Shown here: positions 28,843 through 37,682 of the stretch, piece after piece
Numbering within the stretch: the first letter of the stretch is position 1
Layout of the letters: every line of letters begins with the position of its first letter
Assembly (NCBI GenBank): GCA_037447435.1
Contig: JBBIGR010000003.1
Coordinates: 128,001-192,000 of the forward strand
Origin: Fibrobacteria bacterium
Lineage (GTDB): Bacteria; Fibrobacterota; Chitinivibrionia; Chitinivibrionales; FEN-1185
Reading direction: 5' to 3'
Length of the DNA stretch: 64,000 nt
The notes under the pieces: generated by a model
The model's database searches: none
Told to the model about the DNA's origin: nothing
What the model saw: only the letters and a program-made list of their open reading frames with translations
Made by a program: the position numbers and the translations under genes

Positions 28843-29570
28843 AACGTTTTGTACTTTCCCATCGCAAATTTCCCCATTACCAGTAATACCCGTAAACCAT
28901 AGGTCAAAGGGTTTAAATATGAAATTTCCCCCGCATAGCGAGTCGGTATCGGCATTTCACGGATATTTAAATTCCCGGTTTTGGCACAGGCTATGACTTC
29001 CAAATCAAAATCAAACGAAGAACTCAAGCGGTAAAATGGAATCGTGTTCAACGCATTTCTACCATAAAAAAGCATTCCGCTGTGGTAATCGGTCATTGAT
29101 AAATCGAAAACCTTATTTTCAAAGAACGTCAGAATTCTGTTTGCAATATATTTGTATAACGGCATTCCTCCGGATAACGCGGTTCCCGAAGCGATCCGGG
29201 AACCCTGAAGGATGTCGATGGATTCTTTCGACATTTTATTGACGAATTCGACGATGCATTCTGGCGGATACTGGCCGTCGCTGTGAAGGCATACCGCAAA
29301 ATCGCAATCGTCCTGCATGCAACGTACCAAACCTTCCCGTACCGTTTTTCCATACCCGCGGTTCCAACCAAAATGAATGCATCGAATCTTGTCATTAGCT
29401 TTTGCCAGAGCGTCGGCCGTTTCTTTTGTTGCGTCTTTAGAACCGTCGTCGATGATCCACACATGCTCGACGATATTCCATAGGTCGTCCGAAAATCTTG
29501 CCAAGAGGCCCGGAAGCGTTTGGGACGCATTATATGCCGGAATAAAAATTGAAATCCGGGAGTCAATCAG
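28839..29570 (-). CDS. GT2 glycosyltransferase, DPM1/ArnC-like (polyprenyl-phosphate glycosyltransferase type); probable non-AUG start
   Basis: In-frame ISIFIPAYNA lies upstream of the track's TTG (29504); IDDGS.D.T, NRGYG, HSDGQY, QGSR, D.HSG, FDLE, E.PIPTRY. GGAGG precedes CTG 29570 / ATT 29567. Confidence 0.85.
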   Translation of the reverse strand: MIDSRISIFIPAYNASQTLPGLLARFSDDLWNIVEHVWIIDDGSKDATKETADALAKANDKIRCIHFGWNRGYGKTVREGLVRCMQDDCDFAVCLHSDGQYPPECIVEFVNKMSKESIDILQGSRIASGTALSGGMPLYKYIANRILTFFENKVFDLSMTDYHSGMLFYGRNALNTIPFYRLSSSFDFDLEVIACAKTGNLNIREMPIPTRYAGEISYLNPLTYGLRVLLVMGKFAMGKYKTL

Positions 29571-30655
29571 ATGGCCTCCCGTTTTAAAATGAGACCGCCG
29601 TATTCCTTTATGTAAAAAGCCATGGTTGTTTTCAGAGCGTCCGCAAGCGGCGTTTCAGGATTCCAATTGAGCAAGGTCTTTGCCTTCGTGATGTCCGGAA
29701 TGCGGCGATCGGAATCTTCGTATCCCGGTCCGTAAAAGTCCTGCCCTGTCACTTGCTCGATCAGCGAAGGGCCTCCCGCACAATCGGGGCGGAGTTCTCC
29801 GTATACACGGATCATGAGATGGGCGAGGTCTTTGATTGTAATTTCATTGTCCGGGTTGCCGATATTGAAAATGTGGCGGTTTGCAATGTGGGGATTCGAA
29901 AGTATGGCCATGAGGGCATCGATAGCGTCGTCTATATAGGTGAAGCAACGGTAGTTTTTCCCGCCATTGACAAGCTTGAGCGTTGTACCGTTAAGCAACG
30001 CATCCATAAAACAGGCCAAAACGCGAGGGACGCCGTCGCCGTCGATTCCGGGGATAAAATCCATTCTCGGACCGATGAAATTAAAAGGCCGGATTATTGA
30101 ATAGGGCAGTCCGTGTTCGATGCCGTGCGCGTAAATTGCCCGTTCGAGCAATTGCTTTGCGCACGCATACGACCATCGTTGGGCATGGACGGGTCCCAAT
30201 ACAAGCGGCGTCGCATCTTCGATAAAAACATCGGTATTCGGATCAAACGGTTGCTGTGCGGCTGCCGAAACTGTTTTCCCGTACACTTCACAGGTGGAAA
30301 AATGGACCAGGTGTTTTTTAAGCTGTGAACATTTTTCAACAATCGAAAGAGGACGGACAAAATTGCTCTGTATCACTTCAAGCGGGATTGTGTTGTACAA
30401 AGACGGATTGCACAATGCCGCCAACGATACGACGATATCGCTTTTTTCAATGAAATCCGCGGTATCGCGACAAGAGTCGATATCGCCTTTTGAAAATAAA
30501 AATCGTGGATCGCTCAGGGGGGGTCTTATTTTAGACTCGTCCCGGTCTATTCCCAGGACGAGCCAATTTGTGGTCGATAGTATGCGCTCAACGAGATGCG
30601 AACCGATGAATCCGCCGCAGCCGAGAACGCAGATTTTGAGTTGTGACATACTCAT
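29567..30655 (-). CDS. UDP-D-apiose/UDP-D-xylose synthase (UDP-GlcA decarboxylase, AXS/UAS type)
   Basis: GCGGFIGSHL, LAALCNP..YNT.PL, HFSTCEVYGKT, QRWSYACAKQL.ER, RPFN.IGPRMDFIPGIDG..GVPRVLACF, HIFN.GNP.NE, FYG.GY.DSD.RIPD: long stretches matching plant AXS as I recall it. Start placed at MSMSQ (30655). Confidence 0.85.
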   Translation of the reverse strand: MSMSQLKICVLGCGGFIGSHLVERILSTTNWLVLGIDRDESKIRPPLSDPRFLFSKGDIDSCRDTADFIEKSDIVVSLAALCNPSLYNTIPLEVIQSNFVRPLSIVEKCSQLKKHLVHFSTCEVYGKTVSAAAQQPFDPNTDVFIEDATPLVLGPVHAQRWSYACAKQLLERAIYAHGIEHGLPYSIIRPFNFIGPRMDFIPGIDGDGVPRVLACFMDALLNGTTLKLVNGGKNYRCFTYIDDAIDALMAILSNPHIANRHIFNIGNPDNEITIKDLAHLMIRVYGELRPDCAGGPSLIEQVTGQDFYGPGYEDSDRRIPDITKAKTLLNWNPETPLADALKTTMAFYIKEYGGLILKREAI

Positions 30656-30683
30656 GGTATGAAATTTGGTTCTGCTGTCCTTT

Positions 30684-31370
30684 TTATTGTACGCTGAAAG
30701 TGCTGGATTTGTCAGAAAGCTGTAAATTGACATAATCTGCAATTTTGATCATACATTGAGCGCTTGGAAAGGCAAATGGCGCACCGGTCCCGGTTTCAGA
30801 ACCGATTTTCCAAGAATATGATGTCGTTGACACGTCGCTGATTGAACTCTTTAACATATCTCCGAACGTTTTCCCGCCATCCGTCGAAAGCAACAACCTA
30901 AGTGAAGATAATTTAGAAGGTGTATCTTTCCATGTGATGGTTACTGTCGAACCGTTGGTCAGTGTCTGCCCTGCAGTTGGCGATGTGATGACAAGATACT
31001 TAATTGAAAATAAAGCACTGACGCCGGCATCAAATGTGCCGCCATTATCTGCAACTTTTACCTGAAAACTATCGGTATAAGCAACGACGGGCACAACAAC
31101 CTTTGCGGAATTGCTATTGACCGGTACGACAGTTGCAAATTGCTGCCAACCAGCCCCTAAATTAAAATTATAGGAAAGAGTGGGGGTGGCAACCGACTGA
31201 GTCCAGGAAACAACGAGCGTGTCACCCGCGCAAACCTTTTGCGCGGCAACGGGCGCGGTGATGGTAATCGCGGTTTTGGCTGCGGTCGGGCTTGAATCTC
31301 CGCAAGACAATCCAAGATACCCCAGTGCAAATAGCGCTGAAACGTTTGCGAATAATATCGATTTTCTCAT
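30684..31370 (-). CDS. Lipoprotein with two Ig-like Ser/Thr-rich domains
   Basis: Lipobox LGLSC; two units of the type I...P...Q....G....I.W...L.LSTDGG.TF. Confidence 0.65.
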   Translation of the reverse strand: MRKSILFANVSALFALGYLGLSCGDSSPTAAKTAITITAPVAAQKVCAGDTLVVSWTQSVATPTLSYNFNLGAGWQQFATVVPVNSNSAKVVVPVVAYTDSFQVKVADNGGTFDAGVSALFSIKYLVITSPTAGQTLTNGSTVTITWKDTPSKLSSLRLLLSTDGGKTFGDMLKSSISDVSTTSYSWKIGSETGTGAPFAFPSAQCMIKIADYVNLQLSDKSSTFSVQ

Positions 31371-31393
31371 TTTTTTTGATCCTTTCGTTGACA

Positions 31394-32581
31394 TTAAAAT
31401 AAAAATGTTTTTAATCCAATAAATACGGACCAGCGGTGGAATATGTCATTCCAATCGGGCCCTCGAGACCAATCCTGCATCGGCTTTATATCATAGGGAT
31501 TTCCTGCCTGAGCATTTGTCGCAGAGGCTGTTTTCGCGTGGATAGGGAGATATGCTGCGATAAAAATCGGGAAATTGGATCGTGAGAATTCCAGACCATA
31601 GCACAATGTTGCATTCCAAACCTGATTATCGGGATCCGGCGCAGGATCATATGGCGTTCCGCTTTTAAGCGAAGGGATCCATGCGACTCCCATTGGAACG
31701 GAAAACATGACGCCGAAAGAATGAACAAAATCTTCCATTCCTTTATATCCGTAAAATGCAGAAGCCATCAGGCTCGGCGGCGTGTATCCGCCCAGATCAT
31801 TTTCACCGTATGGCTTGAAATAATAATAAAACCTGTTTTTCTCCGCATCTGTCATGAGATCTTTTTGCTGTTGGGTAAAATTATAATATTGGTTTTGCCC
31901 GTTGAAATTGACGGCAAAAGAATACGAATACACTATGTCGAGAAGAACCATGCTTTTGTCCGCATCGATTGTCTTTCCTAAGTCAAGGCTTAAGTTGTAG
32001 AGCCCGGAACCGAGTTGCAAACTGGTCGGAAGGTATTTTTGGGCTTTATCGGATCCAAAGGTCGTCGTATATCCGCCTGTGGGAAGTGAAAGGGTGAAAT
32101 TATAACTTAAATCACCCGACAAGCCGAATGTGCCCATATAATCGACGCGAAGGTCGCCGAATCCGTTATTGATTATTCCCGTTGTCGGCGCATCGACCGT
32201 CGATGTCTGCAAAGACCCGGTTTTTTCAGCAAAAGGAACAGTCAATGCCAGCGTCGTCGTATACGTCGGTTTGATGCTGAAACGCAATTCAAGGGCTTTG
32301 GAGTTCGATTGTTTCGTTGCCGTTGATGAATACATACCTTGAATGTCAAGAAGGCCGCCGCTGACTCCTCGACCGATCCATTTTGCCGTTGCACCGCCCG
32401 CTCCGCCGGATCCGCCCGCTCCGCAGCCGCCGACGCATGCCCACGGCGTCGTTTGTATTGCGACGCTTTTGGAGTGGTTGATGTGGGATAGTAGAAAAGC
32501 GGTCGCTATCGCAACGGAAACTCCTATAGTACCGTGCGACAATAAAGACTTTGCCCATATGTTTTTGGTGTTGATCTTCAT
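31394..32581 (-). CDS. Probable outer-membrane beta-barrel protein with CxxxC/Gly-rich N-terminus
   Basis: N-terminal hydrophobic segment, WACVGGCGAGGSGGAGG, G.GD....Y, LSLPTG, QLGSG, alternating beta-strands, aromatic C-terminus (FIGLKTFLF). Confidence 0.55.
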   Translation of the reverse strand: MKINTKNIWAKSLLSHGTIGVSVAIATAFLLSHINHSKSVAIQTTPWACVGGCGAGGSGGAGGATAKWIGRGVSGGLLDIQGMYSSTATKQSNSKALELRFSIKPTYTTTLALTVPFAEKTGSLQTSTVDAPTTGIINNGFGDLRVDYMGTFGLSGDLSYNFTLSLPTGGYTTTFGSDKAQKYLPTSLQLGSGLYNLSLDLGKTIDADKSMVLLDIVYSYSFAVNFNGQNQYYNFTQQQKDLMTDAEKNRFYYYFKPYGENDLGGYTPPSLMASAFYGYKGMEDFVHSFGVMFSVPMGVAWIPSLKSGTPYDPAPDPDNQVWNATLCYGLEFSRSNFPIFIAAYLPIHAKTASATNAQAGNPYDIKPMQDWSRGPDWNDIFHRWSVFIGLKTFLF

Positions 32582-32583
32582 TG

Positions 32584-33723
32584 CTATTTTCCTCCTATAT
32601 AAACATACGGTTTTGAAGTGCTGTTGAATTGGAGCAGTGCGGGTTTGACATTAAGGAGTAATGTCTTTTGTGTGGAAATCGATACAAGGTAACAATCATA
32701 CACAATAACATCGGTCGTCGTTGATTTTGTGGCCAACGCACAGAAAAAATTAGGCGAATTCGTCCATTTGGGACACTGCCATTCACCTGAGGAATAGCTC
32801 GGCAACATGGTTTCGAGGCTGAAAGAGTTAACGAGCGTATTAGTTGTGTCTGCAATAAAAACATACATGTGCTCGCCCGCGCCGTTTGCGATGGCGGTGG
32901 GCATATTCAGCATGTTTTGAGGACCGCCGATATTTAAAAACATCATCTGACCGATTTTGACGGAGTCGGGCGTCATCGATGGGTTACATGTTTGTAAACC
33001 CGTATTTATTGGGAAAAATTTTGAACTAGCGATATTATAGATATAGGCATTCGCGTAGCCGGTACAAACATATTTACCATCATACGACAATCCGCCGTAA
33101 AATGGAAAAGTGGCGATAGCCGTTTTTGTTCCGGACAATATTTGTCCCGCGGTTGAGTTGATTTGAACTTTATATGTATGCCGTGTCTTTAACGTGGTAT
33201 TGTCCGCATCGAGCTTGTCAGTCGTATCGGAATAGGTAATGAAAACATTATTTAAATTGTCTTTGAAAAAATGCGGATCGCTCGCCGGATCGTCGATTAA
33301 ATTGGGCTCTGCCGTCGTATCGAGTTTTTGACAATACGCGGCGGCATGTTTACTGTTTGATGGATCAATAAGGTAATAGGTAACAAGGTCCCCGTTTGGC
33401 GAAATAATCGGGCACCAGGCACCCCAGTCTTGCTTATCCGCGGGCCTTTTTAACAATTTTGGAGCAATTATCGAATCGGAAAAATTGACGAAATACAACA
33501 CTTGCGTTCCGCCCGGAATTGTTTTTGTATAGGCCAATTTTACATTGCTGGTTCCAACAAATGAAGTGAGGCTGTCTTTTGACACGAACGCATTTGCCGG
33601 CGGCGGCGGAATGGGTGCAATAAATTGAGTCGGCTTATACGGCCAATCGCTGCAGGAACTGAGAATGTAGCCCGCAAATGCGCTCAATATAAGCGCTAAA
33701 GTAATTCGTTTAAACGAAATCAT
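32584..33723 (-). CDS. Lipoprotein, TolB-like propeller resembling the Fibrobacter TIGR02171 paralogous family
   Basis: Lipobox ILSSC; P.ISPNG..V.Y, F.GGLS.DG....TG, QTCN.S, MFL..GG, H...FIAD, W..P.W. Start MISFKR at 33723. Confidence 0.6.
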   Translation of the reverse strand: MISFKRITLALILSAFAGYILSSCSDWPYKPTQFIAPIPPPPANAFVSKDSLTSFVGTSNVKLAYTKTIPGGTQVLYFVNFSDSIIAPKLLKRPADKQDWGAWCPIISPNGDLVTYYLIDPSNSKHAAAYCQKLDTTAEPNLIDDPASDPHFFKDNLNNVFITYSDTTDKLDADNTTLKTRHTYKVQINSTAGQILSGTKTAIATFPFYGGLSYDGKYVCTGYANAYIYNIASSKFFPINTGLQTCNPSMTPDSVKIGQMMFLNIGGPQNMLNMPTAIANGAGEHMYVFIADTTNTLVNSFSLETMLPSYSSGEWQCPKWTNSPNFFCALATKSTTTDVIVYDCYLVSISTQKTLLLNVKPALLQFNSTSKPYVYIGGK

Positions 33724-34481
33724 GATTCCCCTTTCTTTAGGAAGAAACATTATTAAAGCTTGTACATACATGTTGCAAAGTGCTGTACCCGTTTCATAAT
33801 ATCGCAATTAACTATGGAGAAACGGGGTAAAAATAATATGCATCTGAAAAAAACTTGTCTGTGGTGGCCCCAAAATCACAGACGCGCTTGAACAATCATT
33901 CTAAAATAATATGCTCCATATACTAGATCAATAAACAAAAAAAAACTTTAAAAGAATTCAATTAATTAAAAAAATGCTATAAATTTCAATAGATTAGAGA
34001 TATGTATTACCCAAAAAATAATAAAAACAAAAAGTTTTCCCCCTAAAAAAAACGATTTTCGTCTCTTTGAGACTACATACCTATTTAATATAAAAAAGAA
34101 ATAAGAATTAATGGTTTTTTTGCTGTTAGTGTCGTGTTAGGAAAATCCGTGCCGCCAATTTGCAAACATTTCAACCTGAAATAAGAAAAATTATTACTTT
34201 GGGCGCAAAGATTCGGTCCTTTTAAGAAAAAGGAAATGTTTGAAGCGTTTAATTTATGTTTCATATTTTCCTTTCTTTTCAAAATCTGTTTTGTGTAATA
34301 AAACAATTTTCAGGATTCGTTAATAATATAGCTAAATTTATGGGGAATGTTATTTATCAAATCATCTCATTTATGTACAAAAGACATAAATGGACGGTTG
34401 GTCGCATTCCATTGTTCTGCAAAAACGGGAAAAAAAATTGATTCGGGTTTATAACGATCGGTACCGAGGGGTTATGTTAAA

Positions 34482-34521
34482 AAAGGAATTCCATTCATTA
34501 AAGAATAAATAGAATTCCTTT
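34482..34521 (-). terminator. Hairpin downstream of pdxJ
   Basis: AAAGGAATTC (34482-34491) / GAATTCCTTT (34512-34521). Confidence 0.4.
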
Positions 34522-34533
34522 ATCGAGTTTTTA

Positions 34534-35241
34534 TCAAATCAGTTCGAGCATATCCTTAACTGCTCTGTCCATGCCCACAAGTACGGCTCGAGAAATAAGG
34601 CTGTGGCCGATATTGAGTTCCTCCATTCCATCGATTTTTGCAACAGGGGTTACATTGGAATAATTAAGGCCATGCCCGGCATTTACATGTAACCCTAATT
34701 TGCAAGCGACAAGTGCGGCGTCTTTGAGGCGGGCAAGTTCGTCCATGCATGCCTGGCCTTTGGCATTCGCATAATATCCGGTGTGCAATTCGATATGGGT
34801 TGCGCCGATCCGTTTTGCGGCCTTGATTTGGTTAAGATCGGGATCAATAAATAGGCTTACAAGAATATTGTTGTTGCGAAATGAATCCATTGCGGAGGCA
34901 AAATCCCGTTCTTTTCCTGCAACCATAAGGCCGCCCTCGGTTGTCCGTTCCTCTCTGCGTTCCGGCACCAGAGTCACCATAAAGGGAAGGACGTCAACGG
35001 CGATTTTTATTATTTCCGGCGCAAGTGCCATTTCCATATTCAAACGGGTTGCCACAACTTGCTTAAGAAGATAAATGTCGCGGTCCTGCATATGCCGCCG
35101 GTCTTCCCGCAAATGTGCCGTGATGCCGTGAGCGCCGGCAAGTTCAGCCAAAGTAGCGCCAGCAATCGGGTCGGGTTCACGTCCGCCACGCGCCTGTCGG
35201 ATTGTTGCTATATGATCTACATTTACACCGAGAGTAGTCAT
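34534..35241 (-). CDS. pdxJ: Pyridoxine 5'-phosphate synthase
   Basis: [52 protein letters not shown]. Confidence 0.97.
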   Translation of the reverse strand: MTTLGVNVDHIATIRQARGGREPDPIAGATLAELAGAHGITAHLREDRRHMQDRDIYLLKQVVATRLNMEMALAPEIIKIAVDVLPFMVTLVPERREERTTEGGLMVAGKERDFASAMDSFRNNNILVSLFIDPDLNQIKAAKRIGATHIELHTGYYANAKGQACMDELARLKDAALVACKLGLHVNAGHGLNYSNVTPVAKIDGMEELNIGHSLISRAVLVGMDRAVKDMLELI

Positions 35242-35253
35242 GGGAGTGCTCCT

Positions 35254-36447
35254 TTACTTAAGATTGTGAGATTCCGTTTGTTTGACTATTTCAGAAACAA
35301 ATGCAAGCTTAATTCCATTTTGCTTGAACCATGGTTTGCACGAAACAAGGCCGTCTAAAAACGGCTTGCTTGCTGCGACAGCAACGATGCATGCACCGTT
35401 GGATTGTGCACTCACCCCGAGCCGTTTTAGCTCCGCGAGTATTTCCTGGCTGCTTTTTTTATCGATTCTGGCATTAACATGCGTATATGGACAAGCCAAA
35501 GATTGCGCCACAGTCGGTACAACTGAATTTTTTGTCGTACGGTTTTCCAAAAAATATCCGTGTTGTTTGGCAATATCGCCGATAACGATGTTCATTATCC
35601 GAGAATCTTCACAGGCGCGAGACCCCCAGATGTTGGTAAATCCGGTGAAATTCGGCGCCTCTTTCGTTGCATTGGCTATGAGTGAAAGAATGGCTTCTTT
35701 GGAATAGTGCACCATGATAGTAGTTTGCTCGAAAGCTGGAGGGATTTTTGTCATTGGTTCCAACGGAAGCCTTATAATAATTTCCTTTTGCTGTTGATCG
35801 GCCAACTGCGCTATGAGTGATGCTTTTTTCGAACCGGGCATTATTGCAGCCGTAATCGGATCGGAAAACGACAAAATGGAAACGGCAAGTTGATAAGAGG
35901 TGTCCTCGAGGTTTTCCACAACTATGGCCATTTTGGCGGTTCCGCTGAAAAAACGATCCGATCCAAGCATGGAAACCGTGACTAGGGGGCTGTTTTTTGC
36001 TTTTGAGGAAAGCGTTAACGATGCGGATTGTTTTTTTTCATCAATAATGCAATCGGAAATAACGTATGAAGTGCCTTTTGCCGCGAGGCCTAATTCATAA
36101 AGAATAGCCTCGAAGGGTTTTCCCCGCGGAACTGCAGCCTGAAGCTCGATGATGTTTTTATCTCTCACAATCCGTGATTTGACGTCGGTGCTTTTGCATT
36201 CCAATTCCGCAAGCTTTTTATACAAGGCTTTTTCAATGGGAAGCTTTTTGTCGCCGGAAGTATTTTTAGATGTGCTTTGCATATCCTGTGTTTGTTGTTG
36301 ATGAAAAAAAAATGCCGCAATCGAGGGAAAAGAATTGCCATGGGTCCGTATCGCAATACCGAGGAATACCAGTAGGATAATGGCAATTGCCAATACGACG
36401 ATAATAAGTATTGGGCGTTTTGAAGAAGGCGATGCTTTTGTTGCGAT
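35254..36447 (-). CDS. Divergent polysaccharide deacetylase (YibQ-like) with N-terminal membrane anchor; probable ATC start
   Basis: AIVVEN, IT.AIMP, EIIIRLPLEP, GFTN..GS, FLENRT motifs; several canonical D/H positions look substituted. The frame is open to a TAG at 36459, and AGGAG precedes ATC 36447. The track's start is 36393. Confidence 0.7.
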   Translation of the reverse strand: MATKASPSSKRPILIIVVLAIAIILLVFLGIAIRTHGNSFPSIAAFFFHQQQTQDMQSTSKNTSGDKKLPIEKALYKKLAELECKSTDVKSRIVRDKNIIELQAAVPRGKPFEAILYELGLAAKGTSYVISDCIIDEKKQSASLTLSSKAKNSPLVTVSMLGSDRFFSGTAKMAIVVENLEDTSYQLAVSILSFSDPITAAIMPGSKKASLIAQLADQQQKEIIIRLPLEPMTKIPPAFEQTTIMVHYSKEAILSLIANATKEAPNFTGFTNIWGSRACEDSRIMNIVIGDIAKQHGYFLENRTTKNSVVPTVAQSLACPYTHVNARIDKKSSQEILAELKRLGVSAQSNGACIVAVAASKPFLDGLVSCKPWFKQNGIKLAFVSEIVKQTESHNLK

Positions 36448-36662
36448 GATTGACTCCTAATCCCATGCTTCCCGCTTCGGGGACATTGTCGCAAGGGGTA
36501 AGTTTATTTTATAGATTATCCACGCAAAAATCGTCGATAATTCAGATATTGGTACTAAACATAATGCGTTATCGGCCAAACTGACCGATACTATAAAATA
36601 CATTTTTTATTCGTACGCCTAAGCTCAAAATCTTTTCTGAAATTATTACCAAAGGGCGACCT

Positions 36663-37589
36663 GTGAAACCGATAAAAGTTCCCGTATTACTTGGTCCGAC
36701 CGCTTCGGGCAAAACCGGTTGTGCGATCCATTGCTGTCAAAAACTGGGGCTGGAAATCATTTCTTGCGATTCCCGGCAAATTTATCGATTTATGGACATC
36801 GGTACTGCAAAGCCTTCTTTGGAAATGCAAAAACAGGCAAAGCATTGGTTGATCGATATCGCCGATCCGCCGGAAACGTATTCGGCATTCCGTTTTTCCC
36901 GGGATGCGAGTAGTATAATTCGTCAACGTGCTCTCCAAGGCGCAGGCACCATGCTCTGCGGAGGAACCGGGTTGTATTTTCAGGCGCTTCAAAACGGATT
37001 GGGACCGGAAATTTCTCAAAACCCATTGATCAGGGAAAAATATGTCCGAATGGCTCACGAGTTGGGTAACAATGCGGTTTTCGAAAAACTTCTCCGTGTT
37101 GATCCGGTGACCGCAGCCTCAAGTCATCCGGCAAATCTCGTGCGCAATATCCGCGCCCTCGAGGTTTTTGAAACGAGCGGCATTGCGTTGTCCATATTAA
37201 AAAAGGAATCGGTTCCATCTTCGGATTTCGAATTTCTTGTTTGCATATTATCGGTCGAAAGGGAAACGCTTTACGGACGCATCAATCAACGGGTCGATGC
37301 GATGGTTCGCCAAGGATTATGGGACGAATTTCGCGGGTTGATTGACAGAGGGTACACAATAGAAACGCCCGGCATGCGATGCGTCGGATATCGGGAATTG
37401 TTTGATGTTAAGGACCAATTCGTTTCGTTTACCCAAGCTATCGATGCGGTCAAGCAACACACCCGGCATTATGCAAAACGGCAAATGACTTGGTTTCGTC
37501 ATCAGGTGAAGGGAATTGTTTTCGATGCGCTTATGCCCGATGCTTTTTCACGGGTCTGCAGGGAAATGTCCGAATTCTTGTCCGGGTAA
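36663..37589 (+). CDS. miaA: tRNA dimethylallyltransferase
   Basis: GPTASGKT, IISCDSRQIYR.MDIGTAKP, GGTGLYF, RALEV, TRHYAKRQMTWFR. Confidence 0.97.
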   Translation: MKPIKVPVLLGPTASGKTGCAIHCCQKLGLEIISCDSRQIYRFMDIGTAKPSLEMQKQAKHWLIDIADPPETYSAFRFSRDASSIIRQRALQGAGTMLCGGTGLYFQALQNGLGPEISQNPLIREKYVRMAHELGNNAVFEKLLRVDPVTAASSHPANLVRNIRALEVFETSGIALSILKKESVPSSDFEFLVCILSVERETLYGRINQRVDAMVRQGLWDEFRGLIDRGYTIETPGMRCVGYRELFDVKDQFVSFTQAIDAVKQHTRHYAKRQMTWFRHQVKGIVFDALMPDAFSRVCREMSEFLSG

Positions 37590-37682
37590 ATTTAAGTTCG
37601 GAAATTTGTTGTGGCGCGTTTTAAAATACTGTTGTATAATTTCATCAGAAACAGCTATCTTGACGGAAGGAGTTATTTTTTC

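Noticed and set aside
29129..29566. 145-aa ORF starting at TTG 29566 as the GT2 N-terminus
   Set aside because: Different frame from the GT2 motifs. The GT2 frame is itself open through this region, so no frameshift is needed.
29567..30742. ArnA / lipid A L-Ara4N modification operon
   Set aside because: No formyltransferase domain and no arnB/arnD/arnT genes; the active-site motifs carry the AXS-type cysteines.
36516..36524. Near DnaA box TTATCCACG suggesting oriC
   Set aside because: Single imperfect box; no cluster and no dnaA/gidA context.
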